Of a DNA stretch of 64,000 nt, positions 1-9,676 are shown in pieces. This DNA is from Deltaproteobacteria bacterium. GTDB lineage: Bacteria > Myxococcota_A > UBA9042 > PHBI01. The notes beneath the pieces were generated by a model. The model had not been told where the DNA came from. It made no database searches and saw nothing but the letters and a program-made list of their open reading frames with translations. The stretch spans positions 578,122 through 642,121 of the forward strand of contig JACKFA010000002.1 of the NCBI GenBank assembly GCA_020632715.1. The letters run 5' to 3'. Position 1 is the first letter of the stretch; the number at the start of each line of letters is the position of its first letter. A program made the position numbers and the translations under genes.

Positions 1-948
1 GTAGCGCGTCGTGCCCGGGAGCGCCGTGCCGCCGTCGACCGCGATGGCGTTCAGCGTGGCGGCGCCGGCCTCCGAGCCGGGCAGGCCGATGACGTACGTG
101 CGGATCCCGCTGCTCGCGAGCCCGGAGACGGTGTCCGAGAGCTCGTGGTCGATGCAGGCGTCCTCGTTCGAGCACTGGTTGCAGCTGCCGCCCGAGCAGC
201 CGCCGTCCGTCCAGGCCGTACAGCTCGCGCAGCTCGACGCGCAGGTCGGCTGCCCGTCGGTCGTGAGCACGATGGCCCGCGGGGCGCTCGCGTCCAGCGC
301 GGCGAGGATCTGCCCAGCGGCGACGACGGCGCCACCCGTGGGCGTGCCGCGCATGAGCTGCGAGCCGTTCAGCGCGCCGTTGATGGCGTTCGCCTGCCCG
401 AGCCCGACGGGGACGTGGGGCGTCGCGGCGAGGGTGCACCCCTGGTCCTCTTGCGGGAACATGAGGAGGCCGAGGCGGAGCGAGGACTGGAAGCCGCTCA
501 CGAGCGTCGCGATGGCGCTCTTCGCCGTCGTCCACTTCGCGCCGTCCATGCTGCGCGAGCGGTCGACCACGAGGAGCACGTTCGCGGGCGGCGTCGTGCC
601 GAGCGTCATCGTCTCCTCGCCGCAGCCGGCGACCTCGGTCGCGCCGCCGTCGCCGGCCGCGGGGGGCGCGTCGACGGCGCCCGGGAGCGTGTCGGCGCCC
701 GCGCTGCCGTCGGCCGCGCCCGGGAGCGCGTCGGCGCCCGCGGCGACGGCCGTGTCCGGGTCCGAGCCGCCGTTGCCGCCGAAGATCGGCGACTGCTCGC
801 TCGCGTCGGCCTCGCGCACGACGAAGTGGGCGCCGCCCTCCTCCTCGCTCGCGCACGCCGCGACCGCGGCGGCGAGAGCGATGACGACCAGAGACGCGCG
901 CGCGCCGAGGCGACGCCGACGCGCGGCGGGGGGCGTGAGCAGGACCAT
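1..948 (-). CDS. von Willebrand factor type A (VWA) domain lipoprotein. Its 3' end lies beyond the window's left edge, so this is the N-terminal portion only.
   Basis: Manual translation of the minus strand from ATG at 948..946 gives MVLLTPPAARRRRLGARASLVVIALAAAVAAC. This is an RR signal peptide plus a lipobox Cys. A MIDAS-type VWA motif follows (LLVVDRSRSMDG ... GTPTGGA ... LTTDGQPT), then a Cys-rich segment. The ORF runs off the window edge, which is why it is absent from the ORF track. Confidence 0.55.
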   Translation of the reverse strand, partial: MVLLTPPAARRRRLGARASLVVIALAAAVAACASEEEGGAHFVVREADASEQSPIFGGNGGSDPDTAVAAGADALPGAADGSAGADTLPGAVDAPPAAGDGGATEVAGCGEETMTLGTTPPANVLLVVDRSRSMDGAKWTTAKSAIATLVSGFQSSLRLGLLMFPQEDQGCTLAATPHVPVGLGQANAINGALNGSQLMRGTPTGGAVVAAGQILAALDASAPRAIVLTTDGQPTCASSCASCTAWTDGGCSGGSCNQCSNEDACIDHELSDTVSGLASSGIRTYVIGLPGSEAGAATLNAIAVDGGTALPGTTRY

Positions 949-1096
949 CGGGGGACTCCTCGCGAGCGGGCGCCGCGTAGGTCTCCGCGATCCCTCGGAG
1001 AGCCCGCGTACCCGACTCGAGGTAGCGCCGCGCTCGGCCTCGCGTCAAGCGGCTTCGCGCGCGATACAATGCGATACGGAGACCGCTCGGTCGCGA

Positions 1097-2854
1097 CTAC
1101 GCCGGGCGCGACTCGCCGAGGACGAAGGGGAGGTACTCGGGCTGCCAGAAGTGGCGGCGCACGTAGCCCTCGAGATCGTCGAGCGCGCCGGCCGCGACCC
1201 AGCGCTCGGGGAGCGTCGCGAGCCCCTCCGCGAGCGCGACCTCGAGGACGGCGACGGCGACGCGTACGCTCACCTCGGCGAGATCGGCGACCGGCGGGTA
1301 GACGAGCCCGTCCGGCACGTACTTCTCGGCCGTGTAGGCCGCGAGGGCCTCGGCGGCGGCGTGCACCATGCCGTTCGAGATCGTGCGGACGTAGCCGAGG
1401 ATGGCGCCGAGCCCGAGCCCCGGGAAGATGAAGGCGTTGTTGCCCTGCCCGATGACGTGGCGCGTCTCGCCGCGGACGACCGGGTCGAACGGGCTCCCGG
1501 TCGCGACGATGGCGCGCCCCTCGGTCCAGTCGAGGACCTCCTCGGGGATGGCCTCGCAGCTCGACGTCGGGTTCGAGAGCGGGAAGACGACGGGGCGGTC
1601 CGTGTTCGCGGCGGCGGCGCGGACGACGTCCTCGGTGAAGGCGCCCGGCTGGCCCGAGAGCCCGAGGAGGACCGTGGCCCTGGCCTCGCGGACGGTCTCG
1701 AGCAGGTCCGGCACGGGGCCCGCGCAGGACCAGCCGGCGATGGCGGCGGCGGGCTGCACGAAGCGCGCCTTGTAGCCCGTGATGCCGCGCCCCTCGACCA
1801 TGAGCCCGCCCGAGTCGAGGACGAAGATGCGCGCGGTCGCCTCGTCGCGCGTGAGCCCCTCGCGCTCGAGCCCCTGGCGGATGGCCCAGGCGACGCCCAC
1901 GCCGCCGGCGCCCGCGCCGTGAACGACGAAGCGCTGGTCGGCGAGGCGCTCGCCCTTCAGGCGGCACGCGCTCATGACGCCGGCGAGGGCGACGGCGCCG
2001 GTGCCCTGGATGTCGTCGTTGAACGAGGGGTGGCGGGCGCGGTAGCGGTCGAGCACCTCGAAGGCGACGTCCTTCGCGAGGTCCTCCCACTGGATGACCG
2101 CTTGCGGCCAGTGCTTCTCGACCATGGCGACGAAGCGGTCGACGAAGTCGAGGTAGGCCTCGCCGCGGAGGCGCTCCTGGCGGACGCCGAGGTAGTCGGG
2201 GTCGTCGCGGAGGTCGGCGCGGCCGGTGCCGACGTCGAGCGAGACGGGGAGGGTGTGGAACGGGGAGACGCCGCCGCCGACCGTGTAGAGGGCGAGCTTG
2301 CCGATGGGGATGGCGAGGCCGCCGTAGCCCTGGTCACCGATGCCGAGGATGGCGGAGCTGTCGGTCACGACGATCATCCGCACGTCCTCCATGGGGTAGG
2401 CGCGGGCGACGTCGTCGGTGCGGTCGATGTTCTGCGGGGAGAGCGAGATCCCGCGCGGGTACTGGTAGAGCGCGTGGAACTTCTGCACGGCCTCGCCGAC
2501 GGTCGGCGTGTAGACGACCGGCAGCATCTCCTCGAGGTGCTCGGCGAGGAGCGCGTAGAAGAGGATCTCGTGGCGCTCCTGGAGGGCGCGCAGGAACTCG
2601 TAGCGCGCGATGGGGGTCGCGCGCGCGAGGTAGCCCTTGTAGACGCGGGCGACCTGCTGCGCGAGCGTGTTCACGGCCGAGGGGAGGAGCCCGTCGAGGC
2701 CGAGCTCGGCGCGCTCCGCGAGGGTGAACGCGGTGCCCTTGTTCGTGAGCACGAGCCGGAGGAGCGCGATGCCCTTCAGGTAGACCACCATCGTCTGGCG
2801 GCCGTCGGCGTCCTCGAGGATGTCGAAGTAGGGAGAGATGGGGCGTGTGCGCAC
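1097..2854 (-). CDS. maeA: NAD-dependent malic enzyme (malate dehydrogenase, oxaloacetate-decarboxylating)
   Basis: 585-aa ORF with malic-enzyme hallmarks (VYTPTVGEA, FNDDIQGTGAVALAG, VVHGAGAGGVG, FPLSNPTS). Its length fits the NAD-ME (SfcA/MaeA) class and not the MaeB-PTA fusion. Confidence 0.85.
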   Translation of the reverse strand: MRTRPISPYFDILEDADGRQTMVVYLKGIALLRLVLTNKGTAFTLAERAELGLDGLLPSAVNTLAQQVARVYKGYLARATPIARYEFLRALQERHEILFYALLAEHLEEMLPVVYTPTVGEAVQKFHALYQYPRGISLSPQNIDRTDDVARAYPMEDVRMIVVTDSSAILGIGDQGYGGLAIPIGKLALYTVGGGVSPFHTLPVSLDVGTGRADLRDDPDYLGVRQERLRGEAYLDFVDRFVAMVEKHWPQAVIQWEDLAKDVAFEVLDRYRARHPSFNDDIQGTGAVALAGVMSACRLKGERLADQRFVVHGAGAGGVGVAWAIRQGLEREGLTRDEATARIFVLDSGGLMVEGRGITGYKARFVQPAAAIAGWSCAGPVPDLLETVREARATVLLGLSGQPGAFTEDVVRAAAANTDRPVVFPLSNPTSSCEAIPEEVLDWTEGRAIVATGSPFDPVVRGETRHVIGQGNNAFIFPGLGLGAILGYVRTISNGMVHAAAEALAAYTAEKYVPDGLVYPPVADLAEVSVRVAVAVLEVALAEGLATLPERWVAAGALDDLEGYVRRHFWQPEYLPFVLGESRPA

Positions 2855-2880
2855 GGGTTCCCGCTGGCTGCTGGTGTGTC

Positions 2881-2939
2881 CGACCGGTCAGGTCGGTAAC
2901 CACGGTGTGTCCGAACCGGTCAGGTCGGTAACCACGGAG
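2881..2939. repeat. Tandem direct repeat, 2 units of ~30 bp: ccga(a)ccggtcaggtcggtaaccacgg.
   Basis: Read directly from the sequence: ccgaccggtcaggtcggtaaccacggtgtg is followed by tccgaaccggtcaggtcggtaaccacggag. It sits immediately upstream of palindromic element copy 1. Confidence 0.7.
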
Positions 2940-3023
2940 ACACGGAGACACGGAGGGGGCACGGAGGGCGTGTCATACCTCTGAACCCTCCGTGCTCCTC
3001 CGTGTCCTCCGTGTCTCCGTGGT
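2932..3023. repeat. Palindromic intergenic repeat element, copy 1. A long imperfect GC hairpin with arms ccacggagacacggag / ctccgtgtctccgtgg, followed on the + strand by an A8 run.
   Basis: Inverted arms at 2932-2947 and 3008-3023 around a ~60-nt imperfectly paired core. A second, inverted copy lies at 9013-9094. Located between the leuB stop and the malic enzyme start. Confidence 0.75.
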
Positions 3024-3077
3024 AAAAAAAAGCATGGAATATCGATGCTTATGTCGGTGGCCGCGGCGACGCTGGTG

Positions 3078-4139
3078 TCAGCCCAGCTGCGCGAGCACCA
3101 GGTCCGTCACGGCGCTCGTGCCGAGCTCGCCGCCGAGGTCGACCGTGCGGGCGCCGTTCGCGATGACCGCGTCCACGGCGCGCTCGATGGCGGCCGCCGC
3201 CTCCTCCTGGTGGAGGCTGTGGCGGAGCAGCATCGCCGCCGAGAGGATGGCGCCGATGGGGTTCGCGATGCCCTTCCCGGCGATGTCCGGGGCCGAGCCG
3301 TGCACCGGCTCGTAGAGCCCGGGGCCGGCCGCGCCGAGCGACGCGCTCGGGAGGAGCCCGAGCGACCCCGGGAAGACCGCGGCCTCGTCGGAGAGGATGT
3401 CGCCGAACATGTTCTCGGCGACGATCACGTCGAAGTCCTGCGGGTGCGTCACGAGCCGCATCGCGGTCGAGTCGACCAGCCGATGCTCCACGACGACGCC
3501 CGGGTGCTCCGTCGCGACCTCGTCGACGACCTTCCGCCAGAGCCGCGACGACATCAGCACGTTCGCCTTGTCGACGCTCGTGACCTTGTTGCGGCGCTTC
3601 CCGGCCAGCTCGAAGGCGATGCGCGCGATGCGGCGGATCTCGTGCTCGGCGTACTCGAGCGTGTCCACGCCGCGCCGCCCGGTGGGCGTGTCCTCGATGA
3701 ACTTCGGCTGCCCGAAGTAGATCCCGCCCGTGAGCTCGCGCACGAAGACGAGGTCGACCCCCGCGAGGCGCTCGCTCTTGAGCGGCGAGACCGCGGCGAG
3801 CTCGGGGTACGCCTTCACCGGGCGCAGGTTCGCGAAGAGCTCGAGCCCGCGGCGGAGCCCGAGGAGCCCGGCCTCGGGGCGCACCTTGGCCGTCGGGCCC
3901 TCCCACTTCGGGCCGCCGACGGCGCCGAGGAGCACGGCGTCCGCGGACTCGCAGGCGGCGACTGTCTCGGCGGGCAGGGGGTCGCCGACCTCGTCGATGG
4001 CGTGGCCGCCGACGAGCTGCGGGTCGAGGGTGATGGCGACATCGAACTTGCGCGCGGCGGCGACGAGCACCTGGCGCGCGGCCTCCGTCACCTCGGCGCC
4101 GATACCGTCGCCTGGGAGGAGAACGACTCGTGCGGTCAT
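3078..4139 (-). CDS. leuB: 3-isopropylmalate dehydrogenase
   Basis: 353-aa ORF with MTARVVLLPGDGIGAEV... and NLRPV, LVFVRELTGGIYFG, NMFGDILSDEAA, GSAPDIAGKGIANP. Start ATG at 4139 and stop at 3078 were both checked in the sequence. Confidence 0.95.
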   Translation of the reverse strand: MTARVVLLPGDGIGAEVTEAARQVLVAAARKFDVAITLDPQLVGGHAIDEVGDPLPAETVAACESADAVLLGAVGGPKWEGPTAKVRPEAGLLGLRRGLELFANLRPVKAYPELAAVSPLKSERLAGVDLVFVRELTGGIYFGQPKFIEDTPTGRRGVDTLEYAEHEIRRIARIAFELAGKRRNKVTSVDKANVLMSSRLWRKVVDEVATEHPGVVVEHRLVDSTAMRLVTHPQDFDVIVAENMFGDILSDEAAVFPGSLGLLPSASLGAAGPGLYEPVHGSAPDIAGKGIANPIGAILSAAMLLRHSLHQEEAAAAIERAVDAVIANGARTVDLGGELGTSAVTDLVLAQLG

Positions 4140-4169
4140 GTCAGGGAGCCTTATGGGGTCTGTGCTGCT

Positions 4170-4757
4170 TCAGGGATGCTTTGCTTCGAAAGCGGTGATC
4201 TGCGGGTCGTGGGCGAGCAGGTAGCCGAGCTCGTCGAGGCCCGTGAGGAGGCAGTGGTGGACGAAGTCGTCGAGGGGGAAGGCCGCGCGCTCGCCCGACG
4301 GCAGGACGAGCTCGCGCGCGGGCAGGTCGACCTCGAGCTCGGCCGCCGGGTCGGCCTCGAGCGCGGCCACGACGCGCGCGTGGACCGCCGGCGGGACGAT
4401 GACCGGGAGGAGCCCGTTCTTGTGGGCGTTGTTCCGGAAGATGTCGGCGAAGCTCGTCGCGACGATGGCGCGGAAGCCCCACCCGACGAGCGCCCACGGG
4501 GCGTGCTCGCGCGAGCTCCCGCAGCCGAAGTTGTCGCCCGCGACGAGGATCCGCGCGTCGCGCGCGCCCGGCTGGTTCAGCGCGAACGCCGGGTCCTTCC
4601 GCCAGTCGCAGAAGAGCACCTCGCCGAGCCCGGCCTTGTCGGTGCTCTTGAGGAAGCGGGCCGGGGTGATCTGGTCCGTGTCGATGTTGTCGAGGAGCAC
4701 CCGCACCGCGCGCGAGCGCAGCGGCACCGGGTAGCCGCTCGGGTTCTCCGCGCTCAT
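4170..4757 (-). CDS. leuD: 3-isopropylmalate dehydratase small subunit
   Basis: Internal start [30 protein letters not shown]..., 195 aa, in the frame of ORF 4170..5705. The upstream part of that ORF is Arg-rich junk. The ATG overlaps the leuC stop codon (ATGA). Confidence 0.88.
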   Translation of the reverse strand: MSAENPSGYPVPLRSRAVRVLLDNIDTDQITPARFLKSTDKAGLGEVLFCDWRKDPAFALNQPGARDARILVAGDNFGCGSSREHAPWALVGWGFRAIVATSFADIFRNNAHKNGLLPVIVPPAVHARVVAALEADPAAELEVDLPARELVLPSGERAAFPLDDFVHHCLLTGLDELGYLLAHDPQITAFEAKHP

Positions 4758-6181
4758 CGCGCACCTCCCGCGTCGAGGAGGGGCCGCGGATCGGCCACGG
4801 CGCCCGCGACCGCGCTCGCGGCGGCCGTCGCCGGCGACGCGAGGAACGTGCGCGAGCCCGGGCCCTGGCGCCCCTCGAAGTTCCGGTTCGACGTGCTCAC
4901 GGCGTAGCGCCCGGGCGCGAGCATGTCGCCGTTCATCGCGATGCACATCGAGCAGCCCGTCTCGCGCCACTCGGCGCCCGCGGCGAGGAAGGTCTCGTGC
5001 AGCCCCTCGGCCTCGGCGTCGCGCTTGACGGCCTCGCTCCCCGGGACGACCAGCATCCGGACGCCGTCCTTGACCTTCCGCCCGCGGAGGACCGCGGCGG
5101 CCTCGCGCAGATCGGAGAGGCGCGCGTTGGTGCAGGACCCCACGAAGACGACGTCGATGGGCTTGCCGAGGAGGGGCTTGCCCGCCTCGACCTGCATGTA
5201 GTCGAGGGCCTTCCCGAGCGCCGTCCGGCTCGCCGCGTCGGGCATCGCGTCCGGCGACGGCACCGCCTCGTCGACCCCCGCCCCCATGGCCGGGTTCGTG
5301 CCGAACGTGACCATCGGCGAGAGCCGCGCCACGTCGACCGTGATCTCGCGGTCGAAGGTCGCCCCGTCGTCCGTCGGGAGGGCCCGCCAGCGCGCGACGG
5401 CCGCGTCCCAGGCGGCGCCCGCCGGCGCGAGCTCGCGCCCCTGCAGGTAGGCGTAGGTCGTGTCGTCGGGGGCGACCATCCCGGCGCGCGCGCCCGCCTC
5501 GATGCTCATGTTGCAGAGCGTCATCCGCGCCTCCATGGAGAGCCCGCGGACGGCCTCCCCCTGGTACTCGAAGACGCTCCCCGTGCCGCCGCCGATGCCG
5601 ACCTGCGCGATGAGGCGGAGCACCATGTCCTTCGCGCCGACCCCCGCCGGGAGGCGCCCCTCGAAGCGCACGCGCGCGGACTCGGGGCGGCGCTGGAGGA
5701 GGCACTGCGTCGCGAGGACGTGCCCGACCTCGCTCGAGCCGATGCCGAACGCGAGCGCGCCCATGGCGCCGTGCGTCGAGGTGTGGCTGTCGCCGCAGAC
5801 GATGGTCATCCCGGGCTGCGAGAGGCCGAGCTCGGGGCCGATGACGTGGACGATGCCGCGCCGCCGGTCGCCGACCGCGTAGAGGCGCACGCCGTGCTTC
5901 CGGCAGTTCGCCTCGAGGGTCGAGAGCGTCTTCGTCACGACCTCCTCGAGCCCCTGCGCGTACGCGCCGGGGTCGGTCGGCGTGATGTGGTCCATCGTGG
6001 CGACGGTGCGCTCGGGGCGGCGCACCATGAGGCCGCGCTCGTCGAGCGCGAGGAACCCCTGCGCCGAGGTGACCTCGTGCACGAGGTGGAGGTCGACGTA
6101 GAGGACCGCGGGGCGGCCGGGCTCCTGGGCGACGACGTGCGCGTCCCAGACCTTGTCGAAGAGGGTGCGGGGCGCGCTCAC
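4754..6181 (-). CDS. leuC: 3-isopropylmalate dehydratase large subunit
   Basis: Aconitase-family sequence begins at [17 protein letters not shown] (GTG start), in the frame of ORF 4754..7357. The upstream part of that ORF is a frame shadow of leuA. The GTG start overlaps the leuA TGA stop (GTGA at 6178-6181). Confidence 0.88.
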   Translation of the reverse strand: MSAPRTLFDKVWDAHVVAQEPGRPAVLYVDLHLVHEVTSAQGFLALDERGLMVRRPERTVATMDHITPTDPGAYAQGLEEVVTKTLSTLEANCRKHGVRLYAVGDRRRGIVHVIGPELGLSQPGMTIVCGDSHTSTHGAMGALAFGIGSSEVGHVLATQCLLQRRPESARVRFEGRLPAGVGAKDMVLRLIAQVGIGGGTGSVFEYQGEAVRGLSMEARMTLCNMSIEAGARAGMVAPDDTTYAYLQGRELAPAGAAWDAAVARWRALPTDDGATFDREITVDVARLSPMVTFGTNPAMGAGVDEAVPSPDAMPDAASRTALGKALDYMQVEAGKPLLGKPIDVVFVGSCTNARLSDLREAAAVLRGRKVKDGVRMLVVPGSEAVKRDAEAEGLHETFLAAGAEWRETGCSMCIAMNGDMLAPGRYAVSTSNRNFEGRQGPGSRTFLASPATAAASAVAGAVADPRPLLDAGGAR

Positions 6182-7809
6182 GCCTGCACCCGCGCGGTCG
6201 GCTCCGGGCGCGCGCGCTTCTGCGCGTGCAGGAGGCGGTTCAGCGCCACGAGGTACGCCTTCGCGCTCGCGACGATGATGTCGGTGTCGGCGCCGTGCCC
6301 GTGGAAGACGCGCGGTTGCGCCGCGCCCTGGGCGGTGTGGCGCTCGTCGCCGCCGGCGCCCTCGCCGCGGATCCGCACGCTCACCTCGCCGATGGCGTCG
6401 ATGCCGGCGGTGACGCCCTGGACGAGGTACTCGAGGAGGCGGCACTCCGCCTTCACGATGCCGTCGATGGCCTTGTACGCGGCGTCGACCGGGCCCGTGC
6501 CGACCTCGGCGCGCACCTCGCGCGCGCCGTCGGGGCCGATGAGCTCGACGGTCGCCGTCGGGAGGCCCATCGAGCCGCACGCGACCTGGAGCCCCTGGAG
6601 CCGGTAGAACGGCTCCGGCTGCGAGATCTCGCTCGCGACGAGGGCCTCGATGTCGGCGTCCGTGAGGGTCTTCTTCTTGTCGGCGAGGACCTTGAAGCTC
6701 TGGAACGTGCGGTCGAGCTCGTCCTGCTCGAGGGCGTGGCCGAGCTCCGCGAGGCGCGCCGAGAACGCGGCGCGACCCGAGTGCTTGCCGAGGACGAGCG
6801 TCGTCTGCGTCGCGCCGACCGTCTCGGGGCGCATGATCTCGTAGGTCTCGTGGTGCTTGAGCATCCCGTCCTGGTGGATGCCCGACTCGTGCGCGAAGGC
6901 GTTGGCGCCGACGATGGCCTTGTTCGCCTGCACGGTCATGCCGGTGATGGTGCTCACGAGCTTGCTCGCGCGCGCGAGCTGGCTCCGGTCGATGCCGGTC
7001 TGTAGCCCGAAGAGCGGCCCGCGCACGGACAGCGCCATCACGACCTCCTCGAGCGCCGTGTTCCCCGCGCGCTCGCCGATGCCGTTGATCGTCACCTCCG
7101 CCTGGCGCGCGCCCGCGAGGATCCCGGCGAGGGAGTTCGCCGTCGCGAGGCCGAGGTCGTTGTGGCAGTGCACCGAGAGGATGACGCCGTCGATGCCCGG
7201 CACGTGCTGCTTCAGGTAGGCGATGCGCGACGCCATCTCGTCGGGCGTCGTGTATCCGACTGTATCCGGGATGTTGAGGGTCGTCGCGCCCGCCTCGATG
7301 GCCGCCTGCACGGCGATCGCGAGGAAGTCGAGCTCGGTGCGGCACGCGTCCTCGCACGAGAACTCGACGTCCGGGCAGAGGCTCCGCGCGAGGCCGACCA
7401 TCTCGCGGATCCGCGCGAGCACCTGGTCCTTGTCCATCCGGAGCTTGTGCTCGCGGTGGATGGGCGAGGTCGCGATGAACGTGTGGATCCGCGGGTGCGC
7501 GGCCGGCTCGACCGCCGTCCAGGCGCGCTCGATGTCGGTCTTCGTGGCGCGCGCGAGCCCGCAGATGATCGGGGGCTCGGCCTGCGGCCGCCCCGCCACC
7601 GCCTCGGCGCCGACGAGCTGGGCGATCTGGTTCACCGCGCGCCAGTCGTCCGGCGAGGCCGCCGGGAAGCCGGTCTCGATGACGTCCACCCCGAGGCGCG
7701 CGATGGCGCGGGCCACCTCGAGCTTCTCGGCGGACGTCATCGTGGCGCCTGGGGACTGCTCCCCGTCGCGGAGCGTCGTGTCGAAGATGCGGACGTAGTT
7801 CGGGTCCAT
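6178..7809 (-). CDS. leuA: 2-isopropylmalate synthase (long form with C-terminal LeuA regulatory domain)
   Basis: [21 protein letters not shown] ... [16 protein letters not shown] plus a LeuA dimerisation/regulatory C-terminus. The chosen internal ATG at 7809 is preceded by the SD-like GGGAGGGGAGGA. The ORF-track start at 7878 adds 23 unsupported residues. Confidence 0.9.
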   Translation of the reverse strand: MDPNYVRIFDTTLRDGEQSPGATMTSAEKLEVARAIARLGVDVIETGFPAASPDDWRAVNQIAQLVGAEAVAGRPQAEPPIICGLARATKTDIERAWTAVEPAAHPRIHTFIATSPIHREHKLRMDKDQVLARIREMVGLARSLCPDVEFSCEDACRTELDFLAIAVQAAIEAGATTLNIPDTVGYTTPDEMASRIAYLKQHVPGIDGVILSVHCHNDLGLATANSLAGILAGARQAEVTINGIGERAGNTALEEVVMALSVRGPLFGLQTGIDRSQLARASKLVSTITGMTVQANKAIVGANAFAHESGIHQDGMLKHHETYEIMRPETVGATQTTLVLGKHSGRAAFSARLAELGHALEQDELDRTFQSFKVLADKKKTLTDADIEALVASEISQPEPFYRLQGLQVACGSMGLPTATVELIGPDGAREVRAEVGTGPVDAAYKAIDGIVKAECRLLEYLVQGVTAGIDAIGEVSVRIRGEGAGGDERHTAQGAAQPRVFHGHGADTDIIVASAKAYLVALNRLLHAQKRARPEPTARVQA

Positions 7810-7939
7810 CGGACCGTCCTCCCCTCCCGGCGCCGCGTCGCGAGCCCGCCGCCCGCGCCGGGTGTGAACGTCATTCACACTCAGAAAGGGTCCGGCCGGC
7901 GCGCGCCAGCGCGGCGCGCCCGCGGCCGGAGGAGCTCGC

Positions 7940-8944
7940 TCAGTCGACCTCGACCGCCTTCACGAAGCTCATCATGCTGCGGAGCTTCTTCCCGACCTGC
8001 TCGATCGGGTGCTCCTTGTCGGCGAGGCGCGCCTTCTTGAAGTCCGGCTGGCCGTTCCGGTTCTCCGCGATCCAGCGGTTCGCGAACGTGCCGTCCTTGA
8101 TCTCGGCGAGGAGCTGCTTCATCTCGGCCTTGGTCGCGTCGGTCACGAGCCGCGGCCCGGCCGTGTAGTCGCCCCACTCGGCGGTGTCGCTGATCGAGTA
8201 GCGCATGTAGTTGAGGCCGCCCTGGTACATGAGGTCCACGATGAGCTTCAGCTCGTGGAGGCACTCGAAGTACGCGAGCTCCGGCTCGTACCCGGCGTCG
8301 GTCAGCGTCTCGAAGCCGGCCTTCACGAGGGCCGACACGCCGCCGCAGAGGACCGCCTGCTCGCCGAAGAGGTCCGTCTCGGTCTCGTCGGAGAACGTGG
8401 TCGTGAGGACGCCGGCCTTGCCGCTCCCGATGGCGCTCGCGTAGCTCAGGGCGAGCGCGTCGGCCGAGCCGCTCGCGTCCTGGTGCACCGCGAGGAGCGC
8501 CGGCACGCCGCCGCCCTCCTGATAGGTCTCGCGCACGCGGTGCCCCGGCGACTTCGGCGCGATCATGCTCACGTCGACGTCCTCGGGCGGCGAGATCGTC
8601 TCGTAGCGGATGTTGAAGCCGTGCGCGAACATGAGGGTCTTCCCGGGCGCGAGCGACGGCTTGATGGCCTCGGCGTAGACCGCCGGCTGCGCCGTGTCGG
8701 GCACGAGCACCATGATCACGTCGGCCTCGGCGGCGGCCTCGCGCGGCGAGAGCACGCGGAGCCCGTGGGCCGTGGCCTTCGGTCGGCTCTTCGAGCTCTC
8801 GGGGAGCCCGACGCGCACGTCGACGCCGCTGTCGTGCAGGTTCAGCGCGTGCGCGTGGCCCTGCGAGCCGTAGCCGATGATCGCGACCTTCTTGCCCCGG
8901 ATGAGGTCGAGATCGGCGTCCTTGTCGTAGCGAATCGTCACCAT
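7940..8944 (-). CDS. ilvC: Ketol-acid reductoisomerase
   Basis: [36 protein letters not shown]... (334 aa). The ATG at 8944 is preceded by AGGGG. The ORF-track start at 8977 is a TTG that adds 11 residues. Confidence 0.9.
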   Translation of the reverse strand: MVTIRYDKDADLDLIRGKKVAIIGYGSQGHAHALNLHDSGVDVRVGLPESSKSRPKATAHGLRVLSPREAAAEADVIMVLVPDTAQPAVYAEAIKPSLAPGKTLMFAHGFNIRYETISPPEDVDVSMIAPKSPGHRVRETYQEGGGVPALLAVHQDASGSADALALSYASAIGSGKAGVLTTTFSDETETDLFGEQAVLCGGVSALVKAGFETLTDAGYEPELAYFECLHELKLIVDLMYQGGLNYMRYSISDTAEWGDYTAGPRLVTDATKAEMKQLLAEIKDGTFANRWIAENRNGQPDFKKARLADKEHPIEQVGKKLRSMMSFVKAVEVD

Positions 8945-9012
8945 CGCGCTGCCCCTGCTGTCGTTGGCCGGCGCCAACTGCTTGTTCGTGGATATGAAAG
9001 GCTTTTTTTCAC

Positions 9013-9094
9013 CACGGAGACACGGAGGGCGCGGAGGTGCACGGAGAGCGACGATGCCCCCTCCGTGCTCCTCCGTGTCTCCGTGTCTCCGTGG
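9013..9094. repeat. Palindromic intergenic repeat element, copy 2, inverted relative to copy 1 and preceded on the + strand by a T7 run.
   Basis: Same arms as copy 1 (ccacggagacacggag ... ctccgtgtctccgtgg) at 9013-9028 and 9079-9094, with a similar GC core. Located between the ilvN stop (9140) and the ilvC start. Confidence 0.75.
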
Positions 9095-9139
9095 TCTCGT
9101 TCATCGACCTGCACCGGTTGCGTCGCCGAGCCCCTGGGC

Positions 9140-9676
9140 TCACGCGACCTGGATCTCGCGGACCGGCCGCCGCCGCTCCGCCTTCGGCACGCTCCCGCGC
9201 GTCATCGCGATGGCGCCGCTCTGCACCATCTCCTCGATGCCGAACGGCTCGAGCACGGTCAGGAGCCCCTGGATCTTCCCGGGGGCGCCCACCGCCTCGA
9301 TCGTCAGGCTCTCCGGCGCGACGTCCACGACGCTCGCCCGGAACATCTCGCAGAGCTGGATGAGCTCGGCGCGCGCCGCGCGGTCCGCCCGCACCTTGAT
9401 GAGCGCGAGGCAGCGCTCGATGCGCGGCTTGTGCGTGATCTCGTCGACCTCGAGCACGTTCACGAGCTTGTAGACGTTCGCCTCGATGCGCTTGGCGGTG
9501 TCCTCGTTCGCGAGGCACACGACCGTGATGCGCGACACGCCCGGCTCGTGCGACTCCGACACCGTGAGCGACTCGATGTTGAAGTCGCGCCGCCGGAAGA
9601 GGGAGGTCACCCGGTTCAGGACGCCCGGGCGGTCCTCGACGAAGATGACGAAGGTGCGCTTGACGACGTCGCTCAA
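9140..9676 (-). CDS. ilvN: Acetolactate synthase small (regulatory) subunit
   Basis: 178 aa with TFVIFVEDRPGVLNRVTSLFRRRDFNIESLTV (ACT domain) and a C-terminal ALS_ss_C-like region. The apparent TTG start overlaps the ilvB TGA stop (TTGA at 9673-9676). Confidence 0.85.
   Translation of the reverse strand: MSDVVKRTFVIFVEDRPGVLNRVTSLFRRRDFNIESLTVSESHEPGVSRITVVCLANEDTAKRIEANVYKLVNVLEVDEITHKPRIERCLALIKVRADRAARAELIQLCEMFRASVVDVAPESLTIEAVGAPGKIQGLLTVLEPFGIEEMVQSGAIAMTRGSVPKAERRRPVREIQVA

Noticed and set aside
11-2899. 962-aa + strand ORF, and 606..2090 (-) 494 aa
   Set aside because: Both overlap the well-supported malic enzyme gene in other frames or strands. Their composition is Ala/Arg/Gly/Asp-rich junk.
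2932-3033. Palindromic elements considered as rho-independent terminators of leuB / ilvN
   Set aside because: On the transcribed (minus) strand the homopolymer run precedes the hairpin (copy 1) or is an A-run (copy 2). The geometry does not fit an intrinsic terminator.
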